Below are positions 34,849-46,107 of a stretch of DNA of 64,000 nt, piece after piece. The first letter of the stretch is position 1. Each line of letters opens with the position of its first letter. Origin of the DNA: Nitrospirota bacterium (lineage in GTDB: Bacteria > Nitrospirota > Thermodesulfovibrionia > Thermodesulfovibrionales > JdFR-86); NCBI GenBank assembly GCA_963721805.1, contig CAVRJY010000001.1, positions 256,001 to 320,000 of the forward strand, read 5' to 3'. The translations under genes were made by a program, and so were the position numbers. The notes beneath the pieces are model-generated. The model worked only from the letters and a program-made list of their open reading frames with translations. It had not been told where the DNA came from and made no database searches.

Positions 34849-37806
34849 ATGTTTCAGGGCTGGCACCTCTTCATGATCACGGCCGGGTATCTCACGCTCC
34901 TGTTCGCAGCGGCCTATCTGGCCGAGATGAAGAAGGCCAGCGGCCGCAGCATCGTCGCGAACCCCTACGTCTACTCGCTCTCGATGGCGGTTTACTGCAC
35001 TTCCTGGACGTTCTATGGCAGCGTGGGCAAGGCCGCCACCTCCGGGCTCTCGTTTCTGACGACGTATCTAGGCCCCACGCTGATGGCCGCGCTGTGGTGG
35101 GTTGTGCTCCGCAAGATCGTGACCATATGCCGCGAAAACCGGATCACCACGATCTCGGACTTCATAGGCTCCAGATACGGCAACTCGCTGCTGCTCTCGG
35201 CGCTCGTGACGGTCGTCGCCGCGGTCGGCATCTCTCCGTACCTCGGCCTGCAGATCAAGGCGATCATCACGACCTTTACGATCCTCTCGGGCGAGCCGCG
35301 CGAGGGCGCGGCCTCGGGCATGTTACTGACGGTAATGGTCGGGATATTCGCGATGATCTTCGGCGCGCGGAGGCTCGGCCTGCGCGAGAAGCACGAGGGG
35401 CTCGTCTTCGCGGTTGCGCTGGAGTCGGTAATCAAGCTCGCGGCGTTTCTGGCGGTTGGGATATATGTGACATACGGCCTGTTTAACGGTTTCGGGGACA
35501 TCCTGGGCCGCATCGGGCAGAGCCAGTGGCATTCGCTGCTGCGGCTCGGCGAGGGATCGGCCACCGGGTATTCCGAGTGGGCCTCGCTGATGTTCATGTC
35601 GATGATGGCGATCATGTTCCTGCCCCGGCAGTTCCATGTCGCGGTGGTCGAAAACCACGACGAGCGCCACATCTTAAAGGCGATGTGGATGTTCCCGCTC
35701 TATCTCCTGCTGATAAACGTCTTCGTGCTCCCGATTGCGTTCGGCGGGCTGCTGCTGGGCGGCGACCCGAAGGCCGCCGACTCCTTCGTGCTCTCGATCC
35801 CGATGTCGCAGGGCAATGCCATGATCACGCTGCTCGTGTTTCTCGGGGGATTTTCCGCCGCGACCGGGATGCTGATAGTCGAGTCGCTCGCTATCAGCAA
35901 CATGGTGATGAACAACCTGATAACGCCGTTTATGTTCCGCTACCGCTTCGAACGGCTGGACGATTTCCCGACGGTGCTGATCAACATAAAGCGCGTCGTG
36001 ATATTCCTGTTCGTATTCGCCGGGTACGTTATCGCGGTGAATATAGGGGAGTTCTACTCGCTCGTGGACATGGGGCTTAAGTCCTTCGAGGCCGTGACGA
36101 TATTCGCCCCGGCAGTATTCTTCGGGCTCTACTGGAAGCGCGGCAACCGCTGGGGCGCGATGGCCGGCGTGCTCGGCGGGTTCGTCGTATGGCTTTACAT
36201 GCTCCTGCTGCCTGCGATGGTGAAGTCCGGCGTGGTAGCCCCAGGCGGGATCGTGGCCTACTTGATGGGCTCCGAGCACCTCAACCCGCTGGCCTTCATG
36301 GGCATGACCGGGTTGGACCGCTGGAGCCACTCATTGTTCTGGGGCCTCTCGGTGAACATCACGCTATTCGTGGGAATATCGCTCCTGACGCGCCGCGACG
36401 AATCGGAAGAACGCCAGGCCCTGCTGTTTGTGGAGTCTTTCTCGCCGACGGTGCTGCACGCAAAAAATACCGTCGACGACATCAGCGATGCGATAGGCCA
36501 GTTCATCGGCCGGCCGGAGGCCCAGCGCGTGATCGAGGAGTTCATGGACCGGGAGGGGATCGACCCGAAGGCCGTGGACTCCACCGCCATGATGAAGCTG
36601 CGCGAGGAGGCCCGCCGCGTGCTCTCCGGCGCGCTTGGCTCCCCTATCGCGGCCCTCGTGCTCGAAGACCACCTCGCGCAGACGACCGAGGAGCGCGCCG
36701 CGGTGCTCGAGAGCATACGCCAGATGACGCGCACGCTGAGGCTCTCGCGGCAGGAACTGGCCGAGACGAACCGCCAGCTCGCGTTTTTAAAGGAATTCTC
36801 CGAAAACATCATCGAGAGCATACCGCTGGGGGTGGCCACGGTCGACACCTCGTCGCGCGTCACCTACTGGAACGGCACGATGAGGCGCATCACCGGCACG
36901 GACAGAAACGACGCGATGGGGCTGCACGCCGACCGGCTGCTCCGCCCCCTGATGCCGGAGCTCATCGGCCCCTCGGGCGGCATAGAGCGCGAGGGCGGGC
37001 TCGTATGCTCCTCTCCGGGCAAGGTGCTCTCGGTCTATGTCACGAGGCTGATGGGCGGCAGGCAGGGCCGCGTGGTCGTGGTCGAGGACATCACCGAGAA
37101 GCGCAAGATCGAGGAGGAGCTGTTTCGCACGACCAAGCACGCCAGCATCGGCAGGCTCGCGGCAGGCGTCTCGCACGAGATCGGAAACCCGCTGGCCTCC
37201 ATATCGTCGCTCGTGCAGGAGATGATCGCGGAGGACACGACGCCCTTCGTCGGCGAATCGCTCGATACGATCCACCACCACGTCGACCGCATAGCGCGGA
37301 TCGTCCGGAGCCTCGGGGACTTCGCCCGCCTGCACCCGCGCGAGAAGGCCCCGGCGGACCTCGCGGTCGTGCTCGAGACCACGATGCGCCTCGTGCGCTA
37401 CGACAAGAACTTCAGGAAGATCAACCTGCACGTCAACCTCTCCCCGGTGCCCCCGGTCGTGGTCGACACGGACCAGATGCAGCAGGTATTCCTCAATTTA
37501 TTCCTCAACGCCAGCGACGCGATGCCCGATGGCGGCGACCTGACGGTCACGCTGCACCCCTCGGCCCCGGGCGGCGTCGAGGTCGAGTTCGCCGACACCG
37601 GCAAGGGGATCGACGAGGCCGTGATGGACAAGATATTCGACCCGTTTTTCAGCACCAAGGGCCCGGCGCGCGGCACCGGCCTTGGCCTCAGCATCAGTTA
37701 CAGTATAATAAAAGACCACGGCGGCACGATCTCGGTCCGCCCCGGGAGGCAGCGCGGGGCGAGCTTCGTCATAACGCTTCCTGCGGCAAAGGGGGAACTC
37801 ATTTAA
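34849..37806 (+). CDS. SLC5/sodium:solute symporter-PAS-histidine kinase (CbrA/CrbS-like)
   Basis: YSLSMAVYCTSWTFYGSVG, FLPRQFHVAVVEN, VSHEIGNPL H-box, FDPFFSTK...GTGLGL. Confidence 0.92.
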   Translation: MFQGWHLFMITAGYLTLLFAAAYLAEMKKASGRSIVANPYVYSLSMAVYCTSWTFYGSVGKAATSGLSFLTTYLGPTLMAALWWVVLRKIVTICRENRITTISDFIGSRYGNSLLLSALVTVVAAVGISPYLGLQIKAIITTFTILSGEPREGAASGMLLTVMVGIFAMIFGARRLGLREKHEGLVFAVALESVIKLAAFLAVGIYVTYGLFNGFGDILGRIGQSQWHSLLRLGEGSATGYSEWASLMFMSMMAIMFLPRQFHVAVVENHDERHILKAMWMFPLYLLLINVFVLPIAFGGLLLGGDPKAADSFVLSIPMSQGNAMITLLVFLGGFSAATGMLIVESLAISNMVMNNLITPFMFRYRFERLDDFPTVLINIKRVVIFLFVFAGYVIAVNIGEFYSLVDMGLKSFEAVTIFAPAVFFGLYWKRGNRWGAMAGVLGGFVVWLYMLLLPAMVKSGVVAPGGIVAYLMGSEHLNPLAFMGMTGLDRWSHSLFWGLSVNITLFVGISLLTRRDESEERQALLFVESFSPTVLHAKNTVDDISDAIGQFIGRPEAQRVIEEFMDREGIDPKAVDSTAMMKLREEARRVLSGALGSPIAALVLEDHLAQTTEERAAVLESIRQMTRTLRLSRQELAETNRQLAFLKEFSENIIESIPLGVATVDTSSRVTYWNGTMRRITGTDRNDAMGLHADRLLRPLMPELIGPSGGIEREGGLVCSSPGKVLSVYVTRLMGGRQGRVVVVEDITEKRKIEEELFRTTKHASIGRLAAGVSHEIGNPLASISSLVQEMIAEDTTPFVGESLDTIHHHVDRIARIVRSLGDFARLHPREKAPADLAVVLETTMRLVRYDKNFRKINLHVNLSPVPPVVVDTDQMQQVFLNLFLNASDAMPDGGDLTVTLHPSAPGGVEVEFADTGKGIDEAVMDKIFDPFFSTKGPARGTGLGLSISYSIIKDHGGTISVRPGRQRGASFVITLPAAKGELI

Positions 37807-37809
37807 CCT

Positions 37810-39188
<1,379 letters not shown>

Positions 39189-39192
<4 letters not shown>

Positions 39193-41072
39193 TCAAGGCC
39201 GACATAATCAGGTTTCTGAAGGCCACGCCGCCATTTCACTTTCTCAAGGATTCGGAGCTCGACCTTATCGCCGATGACATAGCGATAGAGTTCTATCCCA
39301 GGGGGACGAAGATTCTCGTGCAGGACGGCCCGCCGAGCGATTTTCTGAGGATCATAAAAAAAGGCGGGGTCAAGGTCTTCGTCTCATCCGAGACCGGCGA
39401 GGAGTTAGATATCGACTTCAGGGGCGAGGGCGAGCAGTTCGGGTTCCTCTCGGTCGTCGGCGCGGACCGCTCGAGGGCGAACGTGCTCGCGGTCGAGGAT
39501 ACGATCTGCTACCTCATCCCGCGCGATAAGGTCTTTAAGGTGCTCCAGAAAAACTCCGAGGTCAACGAGTTTTTCATGCGCTCGTTTTTTTTAAATTTCA
39601 TCGACAAGACATACGACGAGACCAGGCGCAACATGACCGGCCTGGGCGACGTGGACCGGCAGCTCTTCATCACCCCGGTCGGGCTCATCCTCAAGAAGGC
39701 CCCGATGACCACGGCCGGGACCGCCTCGATACAGGACGCCGCGCGGCTGATGTCCGCTGAGCGCATCAGCTCGCTGATCGTGACAGGCCCCTCGGGCGAG
39801 CCTGCCGGTATCATCACCGACCGCGACTTGCGGGCCAAGGTCGTGGCCTCGGGGCGTTCTATCGGCGACCCTGTCAGCTCGATAATGAGCGCGCCGCTTA
39901 TCACAGTAAACGCCGAGGAGAACTGTTTTGAGGCCCTGCTTCGCATGATCCGCCACAAGATCCACCATATAATAGTGGTCGAGGCAGGCAGGTTCAAGGG
40001 GATAGTCACGAACCACGACTTCATGGTCCTGCAGGGCTCGGCCCCCACGGCGCTCGTCAAGGAGATGGACGACATGAAGGGCGTGGACGAGCTTGCGGGC
40101 GTGGTGCCCAAGCTATACAAGAACGTCTCAAACCTGATGCGCGAGGGCGCGCGCGCGGCGAACGTCACGGGGCTTATAACCGAGGTCATCGAGAAGCTCC
40201 TGATCCGGCTGATAGAGTTCGCCGAGCGCAAGCTCGGGCCCGCTCCGCTGCCATACACCGTGGCGATGATCGGCGCGGGCGGCAGGCGCGAACTCACGCT
40301 CGGCCTCGACGTCCGCCTCGCGATCATATTCGCCGACAGCCCCAACCTCTCGCTCGTCAGGGAGACGTGCAAGTACTTCGAGGGCTTCACTGACGAGCTC
40401 GGCGCGGGGCTGATTGCGTGCGGCATACGCTCGTGCACCGACCGCCTGAGGTCCGAAAACGTCCTGAGCCTCGCGGACTGGACCGTGCGGTTTGCGAAGC
40501 GGATAACCGATCCCGGGCAGAACTCCCCTGACCTCGCGCTGTTTGATATCAGGGCCATACACGGCGACGAGGCGCGCGTGGAGCAGCTCAGGGCCGCGTC
40601 GTTCAGCCTCGGCTCGTCGAGCCCGAAGTTCATCGACCACGCCTCGGAGCTTACGCTCTCTAACAGGCCGCCCCTTGGGTTCTTCGGAAAGTTCGTGGTC
40701 GAGAAGTCCGGCGAGCACCGAAACGAGCTCGACCTGTACGACAAGGGCGTCCGTCCGATAGCGGACGTGGCCCGGCTCTTCGCGTTTCATTACGACGTGC
40801 GCGACTACTCGACCACCCGCCGGCTCGCTACGCTTCGGGACCGCTACAAGTTCGAGGAGGCCGAGAACCTCCAGCACGCCTTCGACTACCTGATGACGCT
40901 CGCCGTGCATTTACAGCTCAGCCAGATCGAGAAGGGCTACGAGCCGGACGAGTTCGTAAACCCCGAGGCGCTCTCCGCGTTCGAGCGCCAGACGCTCAAG
41001 GAGTCGTTCCAGATGCTGACGAAGATCTACGCCCTGATCGAGAAGCGCGAAGCTGTAGAAAGACCCCAGTAG
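39189..41072 (+). CDS. cNMP-binding/CBS/DUF294 nucleotidyltransferase-like protein
   Basis: cNMP domain, GIITDRDLR CBS pair, PPLGFFGKFVVEKSGEH, INP-like VNPEALSAFERQTLKE; GTGA overlap with the regulator. Confidence 0.9.
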
Positions 41073-41073
41073 G

Positions 41074-41790
41074 ATGATACTCCCGCGCCCCCTGGCATGC
41101 CTGTTCGGCACCGGCTCAGCCGACATGCCCGAGGCGCTCCGCCGCCACAGGGGCGCGAACAAGCGCCTCCGGCCCGACTTAGCGCTCGAGGAGGCCGAGT
41201 TCGTGGTCTTCGACACCGAGCTCACCGGGCTGTCGTACAAAAACGACTCGATAGTCTCGATAGGCGCGATCAGGATGCGCGGCGGGGCGATACTGGCCTC
41301 GACCGAGTTTTATCGGCTCGTCCGGCCCGAGACCGAGCTTCGCGGCGAGAGCGTCTGCATACACGAGATCACGCCCGACGAGCTCGCCTCTTCAGCGATG
41401 GAGCCCAAAGACGCGCTCGCGGAGTTCCTCGACTATGCCGGGGACGCGGTGCTCGTCGGGCACTTCGCCGAGATAGACGTGACGTTCGTAAGCCGGGCGA
41501 TGCGGCGGCACTTCTGCCTCCCGCTTCAGAGTCGTGCGGTAGACACCGCGCTCCTGCACGCATGGCTCCTCGCGCGCGGCTCTTCGCTAAGCCGCCACTT
41601 CGGCGGCTGGTGCCTCGATCAGAACCTCTTTACCATGGCTCGCCACTACGGGATCGAGCCGGGGGGCCAGGCGCACAACGCCCTGCTCGACGCGTTCGTC
41701 ACCGCGCAGCTCTTTCAGCGGCTGCTGGCGTTCCTGCCCGAGAGCGGCATAAAAAGCGTGGGCGGGCTACTTAAGGCGGGTGGGTTGTAA
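41074..41790 (+). CDS. DEDDh 3'-5' exonuclease (DnaQ-like)
   Basis: VVFDTELTG, LVGH, AHNALLDA. Confidence 0.9.
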   Translation: MILPRPLACLFGTGSADMPEALRRHRGANKRLRPDLALEEAEFVVFDTELTGLSYKNDSIVSIGAIRMRGGAILASTEFYRLVRPETELRGESVCIHEITPDELASSAMEPKDALAEFLDYAGDAVLVGHFAEIDVTFVSRAMRRHFCLPLQSRAVDTALLHAWLLARGSSLSRHFGGWCLDQNLFTMARHYGIEPGGQAHNALLDAFVTAQLFQRLLAFLPESGIKSVGGLLKAGGL

Positions 41791-41983
41791 TTGCCGATTG
41801 CCGTTGGGGAAGAGGGGTCCGTGACCCCCCGTGGCACCCTCTTGCTTTTATGGGATTGCTTATGCCATACTCAAAACTAGTTGCAGGAGTATTTTTAAGG
41901 AACACCACAGAGTACACCAAGCTATGCGGTTTCAGTAGAAGTTCTCCTTAGCACAATATCAGAGAAGAAAGGAGAACATTCAC

Positions 41984-42184
41984 ATGGCAAACGGCACTGT
42001 AAAGTGGTTCAACGAGTCCAAGGGTTTCGGCTTCATCACCGAGGACAATGGCACCGACGTTTTCGCGCATTTTTCAGCGATCAAGGGCGACGGCTTCAAG
42101 ACCCTTAACGAAGGCGATCGCGTCAGCTTCGAGATCGTAAACGGCGACAAGGGCCTCAAGGCTCAGGACATCGTCAAGATCTAA
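41984..42184 (+). CDS. Cold-shock protein
   Basis: [22 protein letters not shown]. Confidence 0.97.
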   Translation: MANGTVKWFNESKGFGFITEDNGTDVFAHFSAIKGDGFKTLNEGDRVSFEIVNGDKGLKAQDIVKI

Positions 42185-42200
42185 GTTTCGCACAAACCAA

Positions 42201-42233
42201 AAAGGCGGACCCGCAAGGGCCCGCCTTTTTTTT
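42201..42233 (+). terminator. Rho-independent terminator, probably bidirectional
   Basis: AAAGGCGGACCC-GCAA-GGGCCCGCC followed by a T-run, between convergent genes. Confidence 0.85.
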
Positions 42234-42261
42234 ATTTCCAAATAGGATGTGAGCCGCTTCT

Positions 42262-43263
42262 TCAGCGCGGCATATTTGCTATCCCGCGCGGCCCGTGCTG
42301 CTGCCTCTGATCCTCACCCTCATGCCTCGGCTGCACCTGCTGAGGCTGAACCTCACGCCTGATCCGCTTGGGCTGCTCTAGCGGCTGGGGCTGCGCCTGC
42401 TGAGGCTGAACCTCGCGCCTGATCCGCTTGGGCTGCTCTAGCGGCTGGGGCTGCGCCTGCTGAGGCTGAACCTCGCGCCTTATCCGCTTGGGCTGCTCTA
42501 GCGGCTGGGGCTGCGCCTGCTGAGGCTGAACCTCGCGCCTGATCCGCTTGGGTTGCTCTAGCGGCTGGGGCTGAATCTTCTGTGGCTGTTGCGGTTGGAA
42601 CTCGCGTTTAGGCCGCTCGGGCTGCGGCGGCTGCCCGCCCCCGTGCCTCGGACGGTCCCATCTCCGCTCATGTTCCCAGGTGCGCCAGTGCTCGAGCATG
42701 TCGCGTTCCCCTATGCGCTCTCCTGTGAAGGCCCGCCTGCGGTAATCGTGCGGCATCGTCATCACCGGCCGAGGCATCATGCCGAAGCGCACGTAGTCCC
42801 ATGGGCCTGAGTATGCATGCGAGCGGTACCACCTGTGCTCATACGGCCGGTACCACCACCCCTCATAGAAAAACAGGCCGTCGACGTCCGGGACGAAATA
42901 AACATATGTCTCCTCGTACTCGACGACCGGGGGCGGCTCGGGAAAATCGAACGGTGGCGGCGGTGGCGGAGGGACTTCATATACCGGCTCTTCCTCCGGT
43001 ATAGGCGGGATCGCGTACTCGTCGCTCACAGCGGCTTCGCCCTCGGGGACCTGCTCTAAAGCGGGTGCGGGCTCCACGGCAGGGGCCTGCTCCGGGGCTG
43101 TCGTAACCTCGGGCAAAGGTGCCGGGGGAGGGGCCGCTGGGGGCGTTGCGGAGACGGTGTTTTCGATGGCCGGCGGAGCGTTCGTGATCGCCGTCTTGCC
43201 GCGCTTGCACGCAACGAGCGCCAGCAGGCAGCACATTATAATGGCTATAAGCCTCGCGTTCAT
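42262..43263 (-). CDS. Putative lipoprotein with Pro-rich linker, aromatic domain and 20-aa tandem repeats
   Basis: LVAC lipobox-like; FFYEGWWY...WY...GPW; repeated PQQAQPQPLEQPKRIRREVQ. Confidence 0.75.
   Translation of the reverse strand: MNARLIAIIMCCLLALVACKRGKTAITNAPPAIENTVSATPPAAPPPAPLPEVTTAPEQAPAVEPAPALEQVPEGEAAVSDEYAIPPIPEEEPVYEVPPPPPPPFDFPEPPPVVEYEETYVYFVPDVDGLFFYEGWWYRPYEHRWYRSHAYSGPWDYVRFGMMPRPVMTMPHDYRRRAFTGERIGERDMLEHWRTWEHERRWDRPRHGGGQPPQPERPKREFQPQQPQKIQPQPLEQPKRIRREVQPQQAQPQPLEQPKRIRREVQPQQAQPQPLEQPKRIRREVQPQQAQPQPLEQPKRIRREVQPQQVQPRHEGEDQRQQHGPRGIANMPR
42329..42573. repeat. About 4 x 60-bp tandem repeat in coding sequence
   Basis: Lines at 42361, 42421 and 42481 are nearly identical. 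Confidence 0.95.
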
Positions 43264-43421
43264 CTCTCCTCCTTGCTTTCATCATAATATACCACCGCCC
43301 GGCCCGGTTTGCTAGATGGCCGGTTCCCATCAAATGTATGCTTTTGCTTGCGCTCAGAGGCAAAAGTGTGGTATATTTCAGGTTAAGTTTTAAAGATCAA
43401 GTCAGTTCCGGTTCAAAACGT

Positions 43422-43940
43422 ATGCTGAGACAACGAATCATAACGGTGGTCTTGGTGCTTGTAGTCGGGTGGACCGGCGGGTACCTTCACCACTCCCTCC
43501 AGAGCCTGCGGCAGGCCGAGTCCCTCACGCGCGAGGTCGCGGACCTCAGGGCGGACAACGAAAGCTACAGCCTGCAGCGCGATCTCGTCCGCAAGGTCTA
43601 CTGCAAGATCACCGCGTACTCCCGTGATGCCATATCGATCAACCGCCCCGAGTGGCTCGAGGACGGCGCGACCGCATCGGGCAAGATGGCCAGGCGGGGC
43701 CGCATTGCGGCCGACTGGGACTTCTTCCCGCCCGGCACGCGCATCTACGTGCCCGGCTACGGCGAGGCCGTCGTGGCCGACCGCGGCAGCGACGTCCAGG
43801 AAAACCACATTGACCTTTTCATGGACTCATACGACGAGGCCAAACGCTGGGGCGTGCGGAACATCGAGGTCTACGTGATCGAGATGGGAAAGCCAGTTAC
43901 GAAGGACGCATCGCGCGGCGGCTCAGGCGCGCAGGGCTAA
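43422..43940 (+). CDS. 3D-domain protein (cell-wall associated)
   Basis: ITAY, TASG, IAAD...PPGTRIYVPGYG...DRG...IDLFM...WG. Confidence 0.9.
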   Translation: MLRQRIITVVLVLVVGWTGGYLHHSLQSLRQAESLTREVADLRADNESYSLQRDLVRKVYCKITAYSRDAISINRPEWLEDGATASGKMARRGRIAADWDFFPPGTRIYVPGYGEAVVADRGSDVQENHIDLFMDSYDEAKRWGVRNIEVYVIEMGKPVTKDASRGGSGAQG

Positions 43941-45028
43941 GCCCCGCCTGATATCTCACCCTTGCCCTCAAGCAGTTCCATCGCTGCGCCAAGCACGGTC
44001 TTGACGTCCATCGCGGCCAGGCACGCGAAGTCCTCTCCGCGGCGGCATCTCTGCGGTATCGGCGAGTAGCGGAAGCACGGGGGGCAGCCCGGCATGCGCA
44101 GGACGCGGCTGGGGGTGCGCCAGGGCGCCAGCCACTGCGGGTTGGTTGGGCCAAAGAGCGCGACGGTCGGAACGCTCAGCGCAGCCGCCAGGTGCATAAG
44201 CCCCGAGTCGTTGGTGACGAAGACGCGGCACAGGCCCATGAGCGCCGCGCTCTGACGGATGGATGCGGTGCTCACCGCGATCACGCGCCCCGCCCCAAGC
44301 CCTGCAAGCTGGATTATCTCATGTTTGAGCGGGTCTTCCTCCGGGCCGCCGAAGAGCAGAAACGCGGCATCCCCGGCCGCTCCCGAGAGCTCGTGTATCA
44401 GTGCGGCGTATTTCTCCCTGGGCCAGCGTTTTTTGGCGTGCTCCTTAAACAGGCTGCTGCCGGGATGAAACCCGAACAGCACGCGCCCGCCCAGGCCGTG
44501 GCCGTCAGCCCACCCGTCGGCCCATGCCCGCTCCTCGTCGCTTAGATATATGCCAAGCGGGTAAGGCTCGGGGTCCTCGATGCCGAGGAACCGGAGCAGC
44601 CGCAGGTTTTCCTGCACGTTATGCAGCGAGTCGTCCTCGCGGAGCGTCCGGTTTTTCAGGAAGTTCAGCTCGCGGACGTCGCGCAGCGCATACCTGTGGC
44701 CGATCCGCACCGGCGCGCCTACTAGCATCGCCGAGAGGTTGTAGTCCCGCCGGTTGGAGGGATAGAGGTTTATCGAGGCATCGAAGCCCCGGCCCCGGAA
44801 CTTAAGCAGAAACCTGATCCCCTCCATCTTCGGCCGCGTGAGGAACGGGAAGAGGTGGTTTTCGTCTACGTGAGGGTTGCCGATCATGACGTCGCGCGTC
44901 GAGCCGAACATGTGGAGGCAGACCACGCGAGCCCCGAGCCGCTCCTTGATGTTGCGCAGCGCGGGGGTCGCCATCAGCATGTCGCCGATGCCATAAACCG
45001 GCATGGTTATGATCCGCTTGAAGCTCAC
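43937..45028 (-). CDS. Glycosyltransferase family 9 (heptosyltransferase-like)
   Basis: IGDMLMATP, KRWP, VTNDSGLMHLAAAL...ALFGPT. Confidence 0.92.
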   Translation of the reverse strand: MSFKRIITMPVYGIGDMLMATPALRNIKERLGARVVCLHMFGSTRDVMIGNPHVDENHLFPFLTRPKMEGIRFLLKFRGRGFDASINLYPSNRRDYNLSAMLVGAPVRIGHRYALRDVRELNFLKNRTLREDDSLHNVQENLRLLRFLGIEDPEPYPLGIYLSDEERAWADGWADGHGLGGRVLFGFHPGSSLFKEHAKKRWPREKYAALIHELSGAAGDAAFLLFGGPEEDPLKHEIIQLAGLGAGRVIAVSTASIRQSAALMGLCRVFVTNDSGLMHLAAALSVPTVALFGPTNPQWLAPWRTPSRVLRMPGCPPCFRYSPIPQRCRRGEDFACLAAMDVKTVLGAAMELLEGKGEISGGA

Positions 45029-46107
45029 CGGCCCTCCTTCAGTATGCGCAGAAGCAGGGCCTCGTAATCCTCCGAGATCCGCTCCCATGTGTATCCCTGC
45101 ACGTACTTAAGCGCGCTCACTCCCATGCGAAGGCGCGAGGCGGCATCCGATAGCGCGGCCGAGAGTTTCGCGGCGCAGTCTTGGGCGTCGCCCGTCTTAA
45201 ACGCGAGCCCGAAGCCCCCCTCGAGCGCGAAGCAGAGCTCCGGGATGTCGCTTACGATTACAGGGCGGCCGCAGGCCGCGGCCTCGAGCACGACTATGCC
45301 CCAGCCCTCGAACCTCGAAGGCAGCACGAACAGTTTAGCCCGCCTCATCAGGTCGAGCTTTTGGGCCTCGTCCACGAAGCCCCTGAACTCTATATCGAGC
45401 CCTTTCGCCATTTCCTTTAGCTTATGTTCATCAGGGCCGCGCCCGGCGATCACGAGTTTTGCTGGTTGCGCCAGCAGCCGCATCGCGCCGATCAGGGTGT
45501 CGAGTCCCTTGTTCGCAATAGCCAGCCGGCCTACGTAGAGTATGAAGTCCTCCTCCGGAGCCGGGCTGGCGAGGATCGTATCGGCGTTGATGCCGGCGGG
45601 TATTACGGCGACGTCGCTGCGCCCGATCTTCCGGCGCGTGCCTTCCGAGAGCGCCGTGACGTGGCGGAACATGCGAGGGTAGACGGACTCGAGCAGGAAA
45701 AACGGCAGCCCCGCGAGCATGCCCTTGCGTCTCAGTATGCCCCGGCCCTCTATGTGGTTTAGGTGCAGCACCGAGGGACGCCCCGAGAGCAGCCGGGAGA
45801 ATACCGGGTTCCAGGGGGCGAAGTCCTCGACCACTATGTCAAACTCGCGGCCGTGCCTCAGCACGAAGGCCGCGCCCGCCGCAGCGAACCCGAACGTGCT
45901 CGCCACGTATCCGGACGAAGGGCCGACGAACTTGTATGAGAGCCTGCCCTCGGTGTAGTCACGCGCGCCGGGGTATGAGCCGCTTACGACCGTGACCTCG
46001 TGGCCTCGGCCTGCCAGGCGGCGGTTAAGCTCGAGCACGCGCACCGCGCCGCCGCCGCCGACCCACGGGTTGGAGGGATGGTCGTATATCAGGTGCAGGA
46101 TCCTCAG
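45025..46107 (-). CDS. Glycosyltransferase family 4
   Basis: GGGA, YVGRL, PSRFEGWGIVVLEAAACG; apparent CTG start overlapping the gmd stop. Confidence 0.9.
   Translation of the reverse strand: MRILHLIYDHPSNPWVGGGGAVRVLELNRRLAGRGHEVTVVSGSYPGARDYTEGRLSYKFVGPSSGYVASTFGFAAAGAAFVLRHGREFDIVVEDFAPWNPVFSRLLSGRPSVLHLNHIEGRGILRRKGMLAGLPFFLLESVYPRMFRHVTALSEGTRRKIGRSDVAVIPAGINADTILASPAPEEDFILYVGRLAIANKGLDTLIGAMRLLAQPAKLVIAGRGPDEHKLKEMAKGLDIEFRGFVDEAQKLDLMRRAKLFVLPSRFEGWGIVVLEAAACGRPVIVSDIPELCFALEGGFGLAFKTGDAQDCAAKLSAALSDAASRLRMGVSALKYVQGYTWERISEDYEALLLRILKEGR

Noticed and set aside
41832..41846. sigma54 promoter TGGCAC...TTGC upstream of the cold-shock gene
   Set aside because: GG and GC are 9 nt apart rather than the required 10; a sigma70-like TTGCTT..CATACT fits better
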